A stretch of 64,000 nt of DNA from Octopus sinensis (Eukaryota): positions 6,882,001 to 6,946,000 of the forward strand of contig NC_043001.1 in NCBI RefSeq assembly GCF_006345805.1, written 5' to 3'. The notes under the pieces are model-generated. The model had not been told where the DNA came from and ran no database searches. It was given only the letters and a program-made list of their open reading frames with translations. This document shows, piece after piece, positions 63,400 to 64,000 of the stretch; the stretch's first letter is position 1; the number at the start of each line of letters is the position of its first letter. Made by a program: the position numbers and the translations under genes.

Positions 63400-64000
63400 C
63401 AGGTTGACTCCATGTCTCAGTCAGAATCTCAAGAGAAATCAAGTTAGAAATGGAAGTCGGTATCATGGCTAAGGTGGTTGATAAATGTCATGTTTTTGGA
63501 TTTTTAAAAAATATTGTTCTAGTAGATGTCTGTCAAAAAAAAAAGGAAAAAACAGGAAAATTAAAAGTTTGTTTTAAAAATTGTTTGGTAAGTCGATGGT
63601 GAGTTCTTAAGTGAATGCTCCTTGCTATTACATATATTTAAAAGCAATATTGATATATTTACAGATTAAAATGTCTTTGGAATTGCATAGAGTATTTTTC
63701 ATAATGTATGGGTAGTTTCCATGAGCAAGAATGTATTGAATTACTTCCATTTATGGATTTCATACAAACTGGGTTGAGTAATAATCAGACTATTTTGTTG
63801 TCATTCTACTGTTCTAGTTTTCACTTTCCATGGGTTAATGTCGTACATGTATGCATTGTCATGTGATCATATGGAATCGTGCTTGTATACGAATACCCGA
63901 AGGTGTACTGAAAAATTCCTCGTTTTAAGTGTATCGCGAAAGGCCTGGTTCTCGGCCCAGAATTCCGAGTTCTTTTAAAAGGCTTTAAAAAAAACGAAGG
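63400..64000 (-). pseudogene. Possible Penelope GIY-YIG region relic
   Basis: TLCNSKDIL near 63665-63700 resembles the FTCxSxNxIY motif preceding GIY-YIG; very degenerate. Confidence 0.3.

Overview
AT-rich, microsatellite-dense eukaryotic DNA. The repeat families look like those of a cephalopod (Octopus-like); this is recognition from the sequence, not a database result. No host protein-coding gene, rRNA or true tRNA can be supported. Most ORF-track entries are simple-repeat or antisense artefacts. The window is a mosaic of transposable elements: (1) two near full-length R4/Dong-clade (RT + restriction-like endonuclease) non-LTR retrotransposons plus fragments, mostly abutting (TAA)n tracts; (2) a Tx1/L1-like ORF1-only element inside an 89-bp duplication; (3) Tx1, CR1, RTE, Penelope and Gypsy relics; (4) several Tc1/mariner relics, a piggyBac-type MITE and a Helentron-associated (HINE-like) element; (5) three recurrent tRNA-headed SINE families, called A, B and C here. 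The most interesting signals are the ORF1-only element with a very long target duplication, minimal hammerhead-ribozyme motifs (one in a tRNA-head + hammerhead cassette bounded by 30-bp perfect inverted repeats), Dong copies whose lesions look like homopolymer assembly errors, a non-coding (TAA)n-embedded element that may be a Dong parasite, LINE-SINE chimeras, and a perfect 102-bp direct repeat around a CpG-rich segment.
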